DNA from: a virus
Lineage: Duplodnaviria; Heunggongvirae; Uroviricota; Caudoviricetes
Reading direction: 5' to 3' (one strand)
Virus record (IMG/VR): IMGVR_UViG_2778261535_000002
DNA: 30,513 bases
The notes beneath the pieces are model-generated. The model saw nothing but the letters and a program-made list of their open reading frames with translations, had not been told where the DNA came from and made no database searches. Made by a program: the position numbers and the translations under genes. Positions 14,330 to 22,485 of this stretch are shown here, in pieces. Position 1 is the stretch's first letter; each line of letters starts with the position of its first letter.

Positions 14330-14849
14330 TCAGCAACCCCGGTATCAGTTCATCCAGCGCGGCTGCTTTGTTCATGGCTTTGATGATATCCCGTTTCAGG
14401 AAATCAACATGTCGGTTTTCCAGTTCCGGAAAACGCCGCTGCACCGACAGGGGGATCCCGTCGAGAATACTGGCAATTTCACCTGCGATCCGCGACAGCA
14501 CGAAAGTACAGAATGCGGTTTCCACCACTTCAGCTGAGTCTCTGGCATTCTTCAGTTCCTGTGCGTCGGCCTGCGCACGCGTAAGTCGATGGCGTTCGTA
14601 CTCAATAGTCCCTGGCTGGAGATCTGTCTCGCTGGCCAGCCGCAGTTCTTCAACTTCCCGGCGCAGCTTTTCGTTCTCAATTTCAGCATCCCTTTCGGCA
14701 TACCATTTTATGACGGCGGCAGAGTCATAAAGCACCTCATTACCCTTGCCACCGCCTCGCAGAACGGGCATTCCCTGTTCCTGCCAGTTCTGAATGGTAC
14801 GGATACTCGCACCGAAAATGTCAGCCAGCTGCTTTTTGTTGACTTCCAT
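14304..14849 (-). CDS. Nu1: terminase small subunit Nu1
   Basis: 181 aa ORF starting MEVNKKQLADIFGASIRTIQNWQEQGMPV, recalled lambda Nu1; adjacent to cos. Confidence 0.9.
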
Positions 14850-15075
14850 TGTTCATTCCACGGACAAAAACAGAGAAAGGAAACGACAAAGGCCAAAAAG
14901 CTCGCTTTCAGCACCTGTCGTTTCCTTTCTTTTCAGAGGGTATTTTAAATAAAAACATTAAGTTATGACGAAGAAGAACGGAAACGCCTTAAACCGGAAA
15001 ATTTTCATAAATAGCGAAAACCCGCGCGCCTGACGCCCCGTAGCCTGCCGGATCGCTGGAAAGGACCCGCAAATG
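14850..15075 (-). other. cos: cos site: cosB (about 14850..15026), cosN 12-mer (15027..15038), cosQ side (about 15039..15075)
   Basis: Flanks match recalled lambda left-end and right-end sequence across the junction; the 12-mer between them is CGCCTGACGCCC on the + strand. Confidence 0.75.
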
Positions 15076-15236
15076 ATAATAATTATCATCTACATGTCAC
15101 AACGTGCATCTACGCCATCAAACCACGTCAAATAATCAATTATGACGCAGGTATCGTATTAATTGATCTGCATCAACTTAACGTAAAAACAACTTCAGAC
15201 AATACAAATCAGCGACACTGAATACGGGACAACCTC

Positions 15237-15431
15237 ATGTCAACGAAGAACAGAACCCGCAGAACAACAACCCGCAACATCCGCTTTCCTAACCAAATGA
15301 TTGAACAAATTAACATCGCTCTTGATCAAAAAGGGTCCGGGAATTTCTCAGCCTTGGTCATTGAAGCCTGCCGTCGGAGACTAACGTCAGAAAAGAGAGC
15401 ATATACATCAATTAAAAGTGATGAAGAATGA
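15237..15431 (+). CDS. hypothetical small protein, possible ribbon-helix-helix DNA-binding fold
   Basis: 64 aa ORF; basic N-terminus then RNIRFPNQMIEQINIALDQKG...NFSALVIEACRRRL, resembling a CopG/Arc-type strand-helix-helix pattern; weak GGGA upstream of the ATG. Confidence 0.4.
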   Translation: MSTKNRTRRTTTRNIRFPNQMIEQINIALDQKGSGNFSALVIEACRRRLTSEKRAYTSIKSDEE

Positions 15432-15595
15432 ACATCCCGCGTTCTTCCCTCCGAACAGGACGATATTGTAAATTCACTTAATTACGAGGGCATTGCAGTA
15501 ATTGAGTTGCAGTTTTACCACTTTCCTGACAGTGACAGACTGCGTGTTGGCTCTGTCACAGGCTAAATAGTTTGAATGATTAGCAGTTATGGTGA

Positions 15596-15802
15596 TCAGT
15601 CAACCACCAGGGAATAATCCTTCATATTATTATCGTGCTTCACCAACGCTTCCTCAATTGCTCTGAATGCTTCCAGAGACACCTTATGTTCTATACATGC
15701 AATTACAACATCAGGGTAACTCATAGAAATGGTGCTATTAAGCATATTTTTTACACGAATCAGATCCACGGAGGGATCATCAGCAGATTGTTCTGTATTC
15801 AT
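15596..15802 (-). CDS. hypothetical protein (lambda right-end small ORF equivalent)
   Basis: 68 aa ORF at the position and size of a small ORF near the lambda right end; AT-rich. Confidence 0.5.
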   Translation of the reverse strand: MNTEQSADDPSVDLIRVKNMLNSTISMSYPDVVIACIEHKVSLEAFRAIEEALVKHDNNMKDYSLVVD

Positions 15803-16086
15803 TTTGTCGCTCCATGCGCTTGCTCTTCATCTAGCGGTTAAAATATTACTTCAAATCTTTCTGTATGAAGATTTGAGCACGTTGGCCTTACATACATCTG
15901 TCGGTTGTATTTCCCTCCAGAATGCCAGCAGGACCGCACTTTGTTACGCAACCAATACTATTAAGTGAAAACATTCCTAATATTTGACATAAATCATCAA
16001 CAAAACACAAAGAGATCAGACCAGATTGAAACGATAAAAACGATCTTGCAAACTACGCACTCTCATATCATATGGAAGGTTTATCT

Positions 16087-16497
16087 ATGGATCAGGTAGT
16101 CATTTTTAAACAAATATTTGATAAAGTTCGAAACGATTTAAACTATCAATGGTTTTATTCTGAGCTAAAACGTCACAATGTCTCACATTACATTTACTAT
16201 TTAGCCACAGAGAATGTTCATATTGTATTAAAAAATGATAATATAGTGTTATTAAAGGGCCTAAAAAACATTGTGTCTGTCAAATTTTCAAAGGATAGGC
16301 ATCTTATAGAAACGACCTCTAATAAGCTGAAATCCAGAGAGATCACATTTCAGGAATACAGAAGAAACCTTGCTAAAGCAGGAGTTTTTCGGTGGGTTAC
16401 AAATATCCACGAACAAAAAAGATATTACTATACCTTTGATAAATCATTACTCTTTACTGAAAACATACAGAGCACATCACAAATATTTCCACACTAA
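16087..16497 (+). CDS. hypothetical protein, possibly DUF1398/YbcV-like
   Basis: ORF 16072..16497; start moved to the MDQVVIF Met at 16087, which has GGAAGG upstream; AT-rich moron-like gene. Confidence 0.45.
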   Translation: MDQVVIFKQIFDKVRNDLNYQWFYSELKRHNVSHYIYYLATENVHIVLKNDNIVLLKGLKNIVSVKFSKDRHLIETTSNKLKSREITFQEYRRNLAKAGVFRWVTNIHEQKRYYYTFDKSLLFTENIQSTSQIFPH

Positions 16498-16795
16498 ACC
16501 ATAACGTCCGGTTTCTTCTACCCCAGCACCGGACTGGCTGACATGAAGAGCAACCCCGCGTTCAGTTGACGTGTTAATAACCCGGTGTACATCGTTTTTG
16601 ATTATTCCCCCACACTTGTGCAGAAGGAGTTCCCCGTCGGGCTACGGTCATGGTTAATGCGGGAATACAGCGACGATACAGCGCATTATGTGTCAGGCTT
16701 GAATACCTTTATCCGTTAAAAGGGATATCAGTTAAGTTATCCTGCGTAGGGTATAAGCCATTATCAAGCCCACCCGTAGATAGGCTTTGTAATGG

Positions 16796-17053
16796 CTACT
16801 TCGCTTTTGCTTCCGCTCGCTTACGCCGGCGCTCTTCTTTCCTCTCGGCTTTTGCCATGTCCATGAATGCCTGCATGATCGAGTTCCGCATCATGTAGCT
16901 AACAAAGTGATGATTGACACAGCCGTTGAGGCGCAGCTGCTCGCCAAACTCATCCACCGAGGCCAATGCTTCCATCATGCCCTTCTCGCCTTTCATGAAC
17001 TCTGAGAAGTCGCGCCCCGCTCTGGAGGCGCATTCAATGACACGATCAATCAT
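16796..17053 (-). CDS. hypothetical protein, Lys/Arg/Glu-rich C-terminus
   Basis: 85 aa ORF whose ATG overlaps the stop of the upstream KilA-N gene (ATGA), implying co-translation. Confidence 0.5.
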   Translation of the reverse strand: MIDRVIECASRAGRDFSEFMKGEKGMMEALASVDEFGEQLRLNGCVNHHFVSYMMRNSIMQAFMDMAKAERKEERRRKRAEAKAK

Positions 17054-17547
17054 CCCGGAAGCCCGGGGATCGTAATCTGCAGCTGGTTAGCCAGGGAGTT
17101 AATCTCAGCGACCAACACTGGCTTCGTATAGCGCCATGCTGCCAGCCCTTGTCCGCAGAAGCTCGCCATGTCTTTCTTCTGGTCAAACTCATGACATTTC
17201 ATGTTGAGCTGCGCACTTAAGCTGTTGCGATGCTGAAGTTCTCCGGTGAAGTAGTCATCGAGGACTTTATAGGCCGCGTACTTGAACCCGGGGTTTAGCC
17301 ATGCTGCATAATCATAAGCAACAAACTTCCCGCCATATGTTCCACCGTGTACACCGCGCTCAGTAAAAACCACAGATTCGTGGTTTTTCTCCAGCTCGGC
17401 TAAGAACTCTTTGGTCTGCTTGTTTCGCAGGTAGTAGTACGGAGATTCAGATTCACTTTTACCACTGGCTTTCCACATATCAGTGAGGCAGATCATGCCA
17501 TCTTCACCGATACGAATTGGTTGATTGAAGAGGGTTAATGATTTCAT
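17050..17547 (-). CDS. KilA-N domain protein
   Basis: 165 aa ORF with a KilA-N-like pattern (GMICLTDMWKASG ... GGTYGGKFVAYDYAAWLNPGFKYAAYKVLDDYF); sits downstream of two intrinsic terminators after Rz. Confidence 0.6.
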   Translation of the reverse strand: MKSLTLFNQPIRIGEDGMICLTDMWKASGKSESESPYYYLRNKQTKEFLAELEKNHESVVFTERGVHGGTYGGKFVAYDYAAWLNPGFKYAAYKVLDDYFTGELQHRNSLSAQLNMKCHEFDQKKDMASFCGQGLAAWRYTKPVLVAEINSLANQLQITIPGLPG

Positions 17548-17661
17548 AGCGTATACCTACTCTTTGAAATGAACCTTTGCCGCACAGGAAACCAGCCCAC
17601 CGAGGCTCGCCAGCACTAACTGGTATCCTCAAAGGCCCATTCCAAAGGAGCTGGTTCGGTG

Positions 17662-17720
17662 TAAAAAAACATGCGTTGCGGTACGCATTTATTGCAAAAA
17701 AGCCCCGCATCGCGAGGCTC
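17662..17720 (-). terminator. two tandem intrinsic terminators downstream of Rz
   Basis: - strand ATGCGT-ACCGCA-ACGCAT followed by GTTTTTTTA, then GCCTCGC-GAT-GCGGGGC followed by TTTTTTGC. Confidence 0.55.
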
Positions 17721-17750
17721 ATTAAATGGACTTTGTGATTTGCAAAAAAA

Positions 17751-18005
17751 TTATTTCAGGCATTGCGTCCTGATGTACTCCTGCATTTCGATAGTCGCGT
17801 TAGCATCAGCAAGCTCCTTTGTATATCTGGCGTCGAGTTCTGCTACATCATGTTGACGCTTCTGCATGTCAGCGATTGTGGATGTGGCCTTATCGCGCTG
17901 CTCTTTGTAGGTAATGGCGTTATCACGGTAATGATTAACAGCCCATGACAGGCAGACGATGATGCAGATAACCAGAGCGGAGATAATCGCGGTTACTCTG
18001 CTCAT
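17751..18005 (-). CDS. Rz: i-spanin Rz, naturally shortened (84 aa versus 153 aa in lambda)
   Basis: N-terminus [34 protein letters not shown] matches recalled lambda Rz; C-terminus ends ...RTQCLK with the conserved Cys; the central part is missing. Confidence 0.8.
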   Translation of the reverse strand: MSRVTAIISALVICIIVCLSWAVNHYRDNAITYKEQRDKATSTIADMQKRQHDVAELDARYTKELADANATIEMQEYIRTQCLK

Positions 18006-18478
18006 ACCTCAATCTCTCTGACCATTCCGCCAGCTTCTTTGAATTTTGCAATCAGGTTGTCAGCCTTATGCTCGAACTGACCATAACCAGCGCCCGGCAG
18101 TGAAGCCCAGATATTGCTGCAACGGTCGATTGCCTGACGAATATCACCGCGGTCAATCATCGGTAAAGCGCCACGCTCTTTAATCTGCTGCAATGCCACA
18201 GCGTCCTGACTTTTGGGAGAGAAGTCTTTCAGGCCAAGCTGCTTACGATAGGCATCCCACCAACGGGAAAGAAGCTGGTAACGTCCGGCTGCTGTTGATT
18301 TGAGTTTTGGGTTTAGCGTGACAAGTTTGCGAGGGTGATCGGAGTAATCAGTGAATAGCTCTCCGCCTACAATGACGTCATAACCATGATTTCTGGTTTT
18401 CTGACGTCCGTTATCTGTTCCCTCTGACCACGCCAGCATATCGAGGAACGCCTTACGTTGATTATTGATTTCCACCAT
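18002..18478 (-). CDS. R: endolysin R (lytic transglycosylase)
   Basis: 158 aa ORF starting [35 protein letters not shown], recalled lambda R. Confidence 0.9.
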   Translation of the reverse strand: MVEINNQRKAFLDMLAWSEGTDNGRQKTRNHGYDVIVGGELFTDYSDHPRKLVTLNPKLKSTAAGRYQLLSRWWDAYRKQLGLKDFSPKSQDAVALQQIKERGALPMIDRGDIRQAIDRCSNIWASLPGAGYGQFEHKADNLIAKFKEAGGMVREIEV

Positions 18479-18785
18479 CTTCTACTCCGGCTTTTTTAGC
18501 AGCGAAGCGTTTGATAAGCGAACCTATCGAGTCAGTACCGATGTAGCCGATGAACACGCTCGTTATATAAGCGAGATTGCTACTTAGTCCGGCGAAGTCG
18601 AGAAGGTCACGAATGAACCAGGCGATAATGGCGCACATCGTTGCGTCGATTACTGTTTTTGTAAACGCACCGCCATTATATCTGCCACGAAGGTACGCCA
18701 TTGCAAACGCAAGGATTGCCCCGATGCCTTGTTCCTTTGCCGCGAGAATGGCGGCTAACAGGTCATGTTTTTCTGGCATCTTCAT
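18462..18785 (-). CDS. S: holin/antiholin S (S107 start, with the S105 start at Met3)
   Basis: 107 aa ORF starting [22 protein letters not shown], recalled lambda S, including the MKM dual-start motif. Confidence 0.9.
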   Translation of the reverse strand: MKMPEKHDLLAAILAAKEQGIGAILAFAMAYLRGRYNGGAFTKTVIDATMCAIIAWFIRDLLDFAGLSSNLAYITSVFIGYIGTDSIGSLIKRFAAKKAGVEDGGNQ

Positions 18786-18902
18786 GTCTTACCCCCAATA
18801 AGGGGATTTGCTCTATTTAATTAGGAATAAGGTCGATTACTGATAGAACAAATCCAGGCTACTGTGTTTAGTAATCAGATTTGTTCGTGACCGATATGCA
18901 CT

Positions 18903-18940
18903 GGCAAAACGGCAGGAGGTTGTTAGCGCAACCTCATGCC
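18903..18940 (-). terminator. candidate intrinsic terminator or attenuator hairpin upstream of S
   Basis: - strand GGCA-t-GAGGTTG-CGCTAA-CAACCTC-c-TGCC followed by GTTTTGCC. Confidence 0.4.
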
Positions 18941-19027
18941 ACCCGCTTTCACGAAGGTCATGTGTAGAAGGCCGCAGCGTAACTATCACTGATGAATTCA
19001 GGATAGCCAGTGGCTACGGCTCAGTTA

Positions 19028-19103
19028 TGGTGCTGGTTAACGGACTTGAACCGCTACCCATTCGCTTACAAGGCGACTGCTCTACCATTGGAGCTAAACC
19101 AGC
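19028..19103 (-). tRNA. tRNA-Thr, anticodon UGU, with encoded CCA
   Basis: Hand-folded cloverleaf: 7/7 acceptor pairs (GCTGGTT/AACCAGC), 4 bp D stem, anticodon loop CTTGTAA, T arm AGCGG-TTCAAGT-CCGTT, discriminator A, CCA. Confidence 0.7.
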
Positions 19104-19108
19104 ATGTT

Positions 19109-19183
19109 TGGCGGGACAGCGTGGACTCGAACCACGATAAGAAGGTTAACAGCCTTCCGTAATGACCTTTATACGACTGACCC
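19109..19183 (-). tRNA. tRNA-like gene, probably tRNA-Asn (anticodon GUU), slightly atypical
   Basis: Acceptor stem 6/7 paired, D stem 3 bp plus one mismatch with GG in the loop, perfect anticodon stem GAAGG/CCTTC with loop CTGTTAA, T arm CGTGG-TTCGAGT-CCACG, discriminator G, CCA. Confidence 0.5.
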
Positions 19184-19184
19184 A

Positions 19185-19229
19185 AATAAAAAAAGCCACC
19201 GTTGCAACTTAAGAGTCACTAACGGCAGC
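19185..19229 (-). terminator. hairpin plus T7 run immediately downstream of the Q-like gene (tR'-like candidate)
   Basis: - strand CTGCCGTT ... AACGGTGG stem followed by CTTTTTTTATTTG, directly abutting the 5' end of the tRNA-like gene. Confidence 0.4.
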
Positions 19230-19246
19230 TTACCTTCTAATTATGG

Positions 19247-19765
19247 CTAAATGGATAATTGCATGTCAAGGCTTTTAACAGCAACATGCTTAACTTTCTC
19301 AACACGTTTACGCATTTTGAAAGCATTTTGCATTGGCTGGTACAAAACAAATAACGACGCTTTCAGGATGTCGTCAATTTCGTTTCTACAGGTTGCCAGT
19401 GAAGGTTTTCTCCATCCCTCGCCACCACGTCCACACATCTTGCGTGGCTTTGCAGTCGCGTGATAGTAGGATGCAATTGCTCGCTTAGATGAACCATGAG
19501 CGTAGTAGCTGAGGAGGATGCCAAAGGCTTTCTTGTCAATGCACATGACGGAATCGACGACCTGAGAAATCAACATTCCATCATCATCATTGCACATTGG
19601 CCTTGTCATAACTCTTCCCGGCTCTACGCTCTCCATGAACTTCGCTATTACGCTGCTCATACGCTTTTCCAGACGACCTGAATAAACCCATGCGCCCCAC
19701 AGTTCAAGCCAGCCATTCAGCCACTCATGCTGTTCTTTGGTGAGGTTTAGTTCTCTTATGCCCAC
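19247..19765 (-). CDS. putative late-gene antiterminator Q, not lambda type
   Basis: 172 aa ORF in the Q slot between ninI and the lysis cassette; sequence is unlike recalled lambda Q (207 aa). Confidence 0.55.
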   Translation of the reverse strand: MGIRELNLTKEQHEWLNGWLELWGAWVYSGRLEKRMSSVIAKFMESVEPGRVMTRPMCNDDDGMLISQVVDSVMCIDKKAFGILLSYYAHGSSKRAIASYYHATAKPRKMCGRGGEGWRKPSLATCRNEIDDILKASLFVLYQPMQNAFKMRKRVEKVKHVAVKSLDMQLSI

Positions 19766-20427
19766 GCGCCTTCTCCCTGTACCTGAATCAATGTGAGATT
19801 TCCGCAGAACACTGCGCCGGTATCGATATACATCTGGTTGGCAAATTTGAGTGGTTTCACTGCTGGCGTATGACCAAAGATGAACGTGTCCGCGCCTTTA
19901 ATTTCTTTCACGATCCCGTCTTGTGAGTTGCTGATTCGTTTGCGGTTCCAGATTACCTGCTGATGATCAACTGGCTTTCCAAACTCGTATTCGTCAAAGG
20001 GATAATCGGCGTGGCAGATAACATATTTTTTATCTTTGCTCACCAGTTCGATGATTAACGGAAGTTCTTCTGCTTTATGGGCAAGAGCTTTAGCCAGAAT
20101 TTCTTTGTCGTAATCGAGATTAAAGAACCAGCCACCGCCATTAAGCAGCCAGTGATTGACGTTTCCACGCTCTGATAAGCCATCAATCATCATTTGCTCA
20201 TGGTTTCCACGTACAGCTCTGAACCAGGGGAATGTGATTAATTCCAGACATTCGACGTTCTCTGTACCGCGATCAACCAAATCGCCCACCGAGATAAGCA
20301 GGTCTTTTTTGGTGTCGAATCCTATCGTCTCCAGTTTTTTCATCAGGTTCGTGTAGCATCCGTGCAGATCGCCAACTACCCAAATATTTCGGTATTTGCT
20401 GCCATCAATTTTTTCGTAATAGCGCAT
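19756..20427 (-). CDS. ninI: Ser/Thr protein phosphatase NinI (lambda orf221 type)
   Basis: ORF trimmed to the [25 protein letters not shown] start, which has GGAG upstream; GDLHG and GNHE metallophosphatase motifs. Confidence 0.85.
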   Translation of the reverse strand: MRYYEKIDGSKYRNIWVVGDLHGCYTNLMKKLETIGFDTKKDLLISVGDLVDRGTENVECLELITFPWFRAVRGNHEQMMIDGLSERGNVNHWLLNGGGWFFNLDYDKEILAKALAHKAEELPLIIELVSKDKKYVICHADYPFDEYEFGKPVDHQQVIWNRKRISNSQDGIVKEIKGADTFIFGHTPAVKPLKFANQMYIDTGAVFCGNLTLIQVQGEGAWA

Positions 20428-20611
20428 CTCTTTCACTCCATCCGCGATGAACCATGAGAACGTCGTTGACGATGGCGTGCATTTTCCCGTCTTTATCATC
20501 AACGTATTTTCTGACCGTACCGCGACTACATTTCAGTCTGCGTGCTACTTCTGTCTGGTTTCCGTATGCTTCAACGAGCATGTCTGGAATGGTTTTTACT
20601 GAGAACGTCAT
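20405..20611 (-). CDS. ninH: NinH
   Basis: 68 aa ORF starting [36 protein letters not shown], recalled lambda NinH. Confidence 0.85.
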   Translation of the reverse strand: MTFSVKTIPDMLVEAYGNQTEVARRLKCSRGTVRKYVDDKDGKMHAIVNDVLMVHRGWSERDALLRKN

Positions 20612-21219
20612 GCGGCCTCACTTCTGCTATTTCGCAGGTCTTTGAGTTTCTGCTGATACTCCGCCTTGATGGCCCTGCACTCTTCGACAGTCCAGCGATG
20701 GCGGTTATGGTTTGATTCGATTTCGTCTACTGCTTCCTGCCCGATGCGATTAATCAGTTCGACGCGATACGGAACGAGATTTCCGCTTTTGTGCTGGTTG
20801 CACACCACGCATTGCTTGTGAATATTGCGTTCATCAAATCGGAGTTGAGGTGCCGCAGCAGTTGTCCGGTAATGTCCGGCATCCCACTGAGCAGACGTGA
20901 GCGTTCCGCACGAGATACATGGTAAGTCGCGGTCTCTTTCTCTGATGAAGGCGTTTACGGCTTGTTGGGCTTGTTTAATCCAGTAACTGCGGGGCTTTAA
21001 GGCGAGTTTTCGAATCTTAAGTTTATCTTTCTGTCTCTGATCCTCTCGTCGTCGTTTCTTCTCTGCTGCTTTTTCCGCTTTTTCGCGTTCTTTACTTCGT
21101 CGTTCGAGTGCTATCTTGGTTCCACACTCTGGAGAGCACCACCACTGATTAGCGAATGCAGGGTGAAACCATTCCCGACATTCATCGTTTTTACATCGTC
21201 TTCGCGCTGGTTTAGCCAT
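20608..21219 (-). CDS. ninG: NinG (Rap) recombination protein
   Basis: 203 aa Cys- and basic-rich ORF in the lambda NinG position. Confidence 0.8.
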   Translation of the reverse strand: MAKPARRRCKNDECREWFHPAFANQWWCSPECGTKIALERRSKEREKAEKAAEKKRRREDQRQKDKLKIRKLALKPRSYWIKQAQQAVNAFIRERDRDLPCISCGTLTSAQWDAGHYRTTAAAPQLRFDERNIHKQCVVCNQHKSGNLVPYRVELINRIGQEAVDEIESNHNRHRWTVEECRAIKAEYQQKLKDLRNSRSEAA

Positions 21220-21388
21220 CGTCTTCTTCCTCGTACATTGAGCTATTCGGATCGCTCATCAGTTCTGCGCAGCAGTGCTCACACACATGAACTTCCAGCA
21301 CATGCAGCTTCTGACTGCAGTTAGCGCACGTTAAAGCCCGCTCGACGCTTTCTTTCTGGTATTGAAGGGATTGGGATGGGCTAAGCAT
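21212..21388 (-). CDS. ninF: NinF
   Basis: ORF 21212..21442 trimmed to the [26 protein letters not shown] start (58 aa), recalled lambda NinF. Confidence 0.75.
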   Translation of the reverse strand: MLSPSQSLQYQKESVERALTCANCSQKLHVLEVHVCEHCCAELMSDPNSSMYEEEDDG

Positions 21389-21788
21389 GGCTTTCACCAT
21401 TAAAAAGTCGCTTGTAAGCATCAATGTCTCGTTTTGCTTCACCGAGCTTTCGTCTTAATTCCATGTTTTCTGATTCAAGCTTTTCCATGTCTTGTTGGTA
21501 TCGATCGCGGTGTTCTTTCCATGCTTTTCGATACGCCTTCATGTATGTCGTATTGGCCTTTCTCTTTGCCTGACGAACCGCATGGTGGTTTTTCACAAAC
21601 CAGTCAGGGTCGTTAAATGCTGCTCTGGCGCATGTATACCAATAATTTGTTGCCTCCCTGTTTAGCCAATAAATACTGATAAATGGCAACCGGATAGACA
21701 CCATTTTTCGTTGTGACTCTTTCTCGCCAAACATGTGTCCTTTTTTGATGCTAAGGCCAAATCCAGGTTGAATTAAAAGCATTGTCAT
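21381..21788 (-). CDS. hypothetical protein between ninE and ninF (NinX-like position), coiled-coil C-terminus
   Basis: ORF 21381..21824; the MTMLLIQ start at 21788 overlaps the NinE stop as ATGA; lambda has no gene here. Confidence 0.5.
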   Translation of the reverse strand: MTMLLIQPGFGLSIKKGHMFGEKESQRKMVSIRLPFISIYWLNREATNYWYTCARAAFNDPDWFVKNHHAVRQAKRKANTTYMKAYRKAWKEHRDRYQQDMEKLESENMELRRKLGEAKRDIDAYKRLFNGESHA

Positions 21789-21961
21789 TTCCTCGCACGA
21801 TGTCTTAGCCACCGGATATCCCACAGGTGAGCCGTGTAGTTGAAGGTTTTTACGTCAGATTCTTTTGGGATTGGCTTGCGTTTATTTCTGGAGCGTTTCG
21901 TTGGAAGGTATTTGCAGTTTTCACAGATTATGTCGGTGATGCTTCGTCGCTGTCGCCTCAT
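21785..21961 (-). CDS. ninE: NinE
   Basis: ORF 21785..22051 trimmed to [40 protein letters not shown] (58 aa), recalled lambda NinE. Confidence 0.8.
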   Translation of the reverse strand: MRRQRRSITDIICENCKYLPTKRSRNKRKPIPKESDVKTFNYTAHLWDIRWLRHRARK

Positions 21962-22485
21962 GCCGCCCTCCTGACGCCCCGCCCGATCGCCATCAATGCC
22001 GCTTTGGATACGGTAGTAAACATCCGTCGAGGACTGATGAGCGGTCGCCAAATCAGCAGCATGGAGCCTTTGCTGTTTCCCTTCTTCTCCAGCCCTGTCG
22101 ATGGTTCGATAAAATTAATCCGTCCATCAGTGATAATGCGAACTTCGTCGACACTCTCCAGAGCCTTGCTGAACCATCCGACTGACATATCCTCTGGCAC
22201 AAGCATAACTACCGTCTGTCGCTGTTGTATGCACTGCTCAGCGGCTTTTTCCACCCACGGCCTGATATTGCTGTACGGTGGGTTATTCCAGATTGCACCG
22301 TGGCTTATCCACTCAGAATTTAGCGCGTCGTCGGCCTCAGTTAGCCAGTGAGCGCACAGAGCGTTTTTGTCGCTCGCAGCTGAATCCAGCCAGAATCCAA
22401 ACTCAATATCCAGCGCATCAAAAAGCCAAAGCGGCGTTTGCCAGCAGTCCTTGTCGTGTGCTGGCGTATTTGATTTGATAGTCAT
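21958..22485 (-). CDS. phage DNA N6-adenine methyltransferase (Dam-like)
   Basis: ORF 21958..22512 trimmed to the [22 protein letters not shown] start, which overlaps the NinB stop; catalytic NPPY motif (IWNNPPYSN). Confidence 0.7.
   Translation of the reverse strand: MTIKSNTPAHDKDCWQTPLWLFDALDIEFGFWLDSAASDKNALCAHWLTEADDALNSEWISHGAIWNNPPYSNIRPWVEKAAEQCIQQRQTVVMLVPEDMSVGWFSKALESVDEVRIITDGRINFIEPSTGLEKKGNSKGSMLLIWRPLISPRRMFTTVSKAALMAIGRGVRRAA

Noticed and set aside
17050-17547. KilA-N ORF and the following 85 aa ORF as two halves of one frameshifted pseudogene
   Set aside because: The junction is a clean ATGA stop-start overlap typical of translational coupling, not a mid-domain frame break; kept as two genes, low certainty.
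18786-19027. Possible third tRNA, or a 6S-RNA-like element, between the tRNA-Thr gene and S
   Set aside because: I could not fold any segment into a cloverleaf with a T arm and acceptor stem; only a GC-rich hairpin with a short T-run (18903..18940) is evident.
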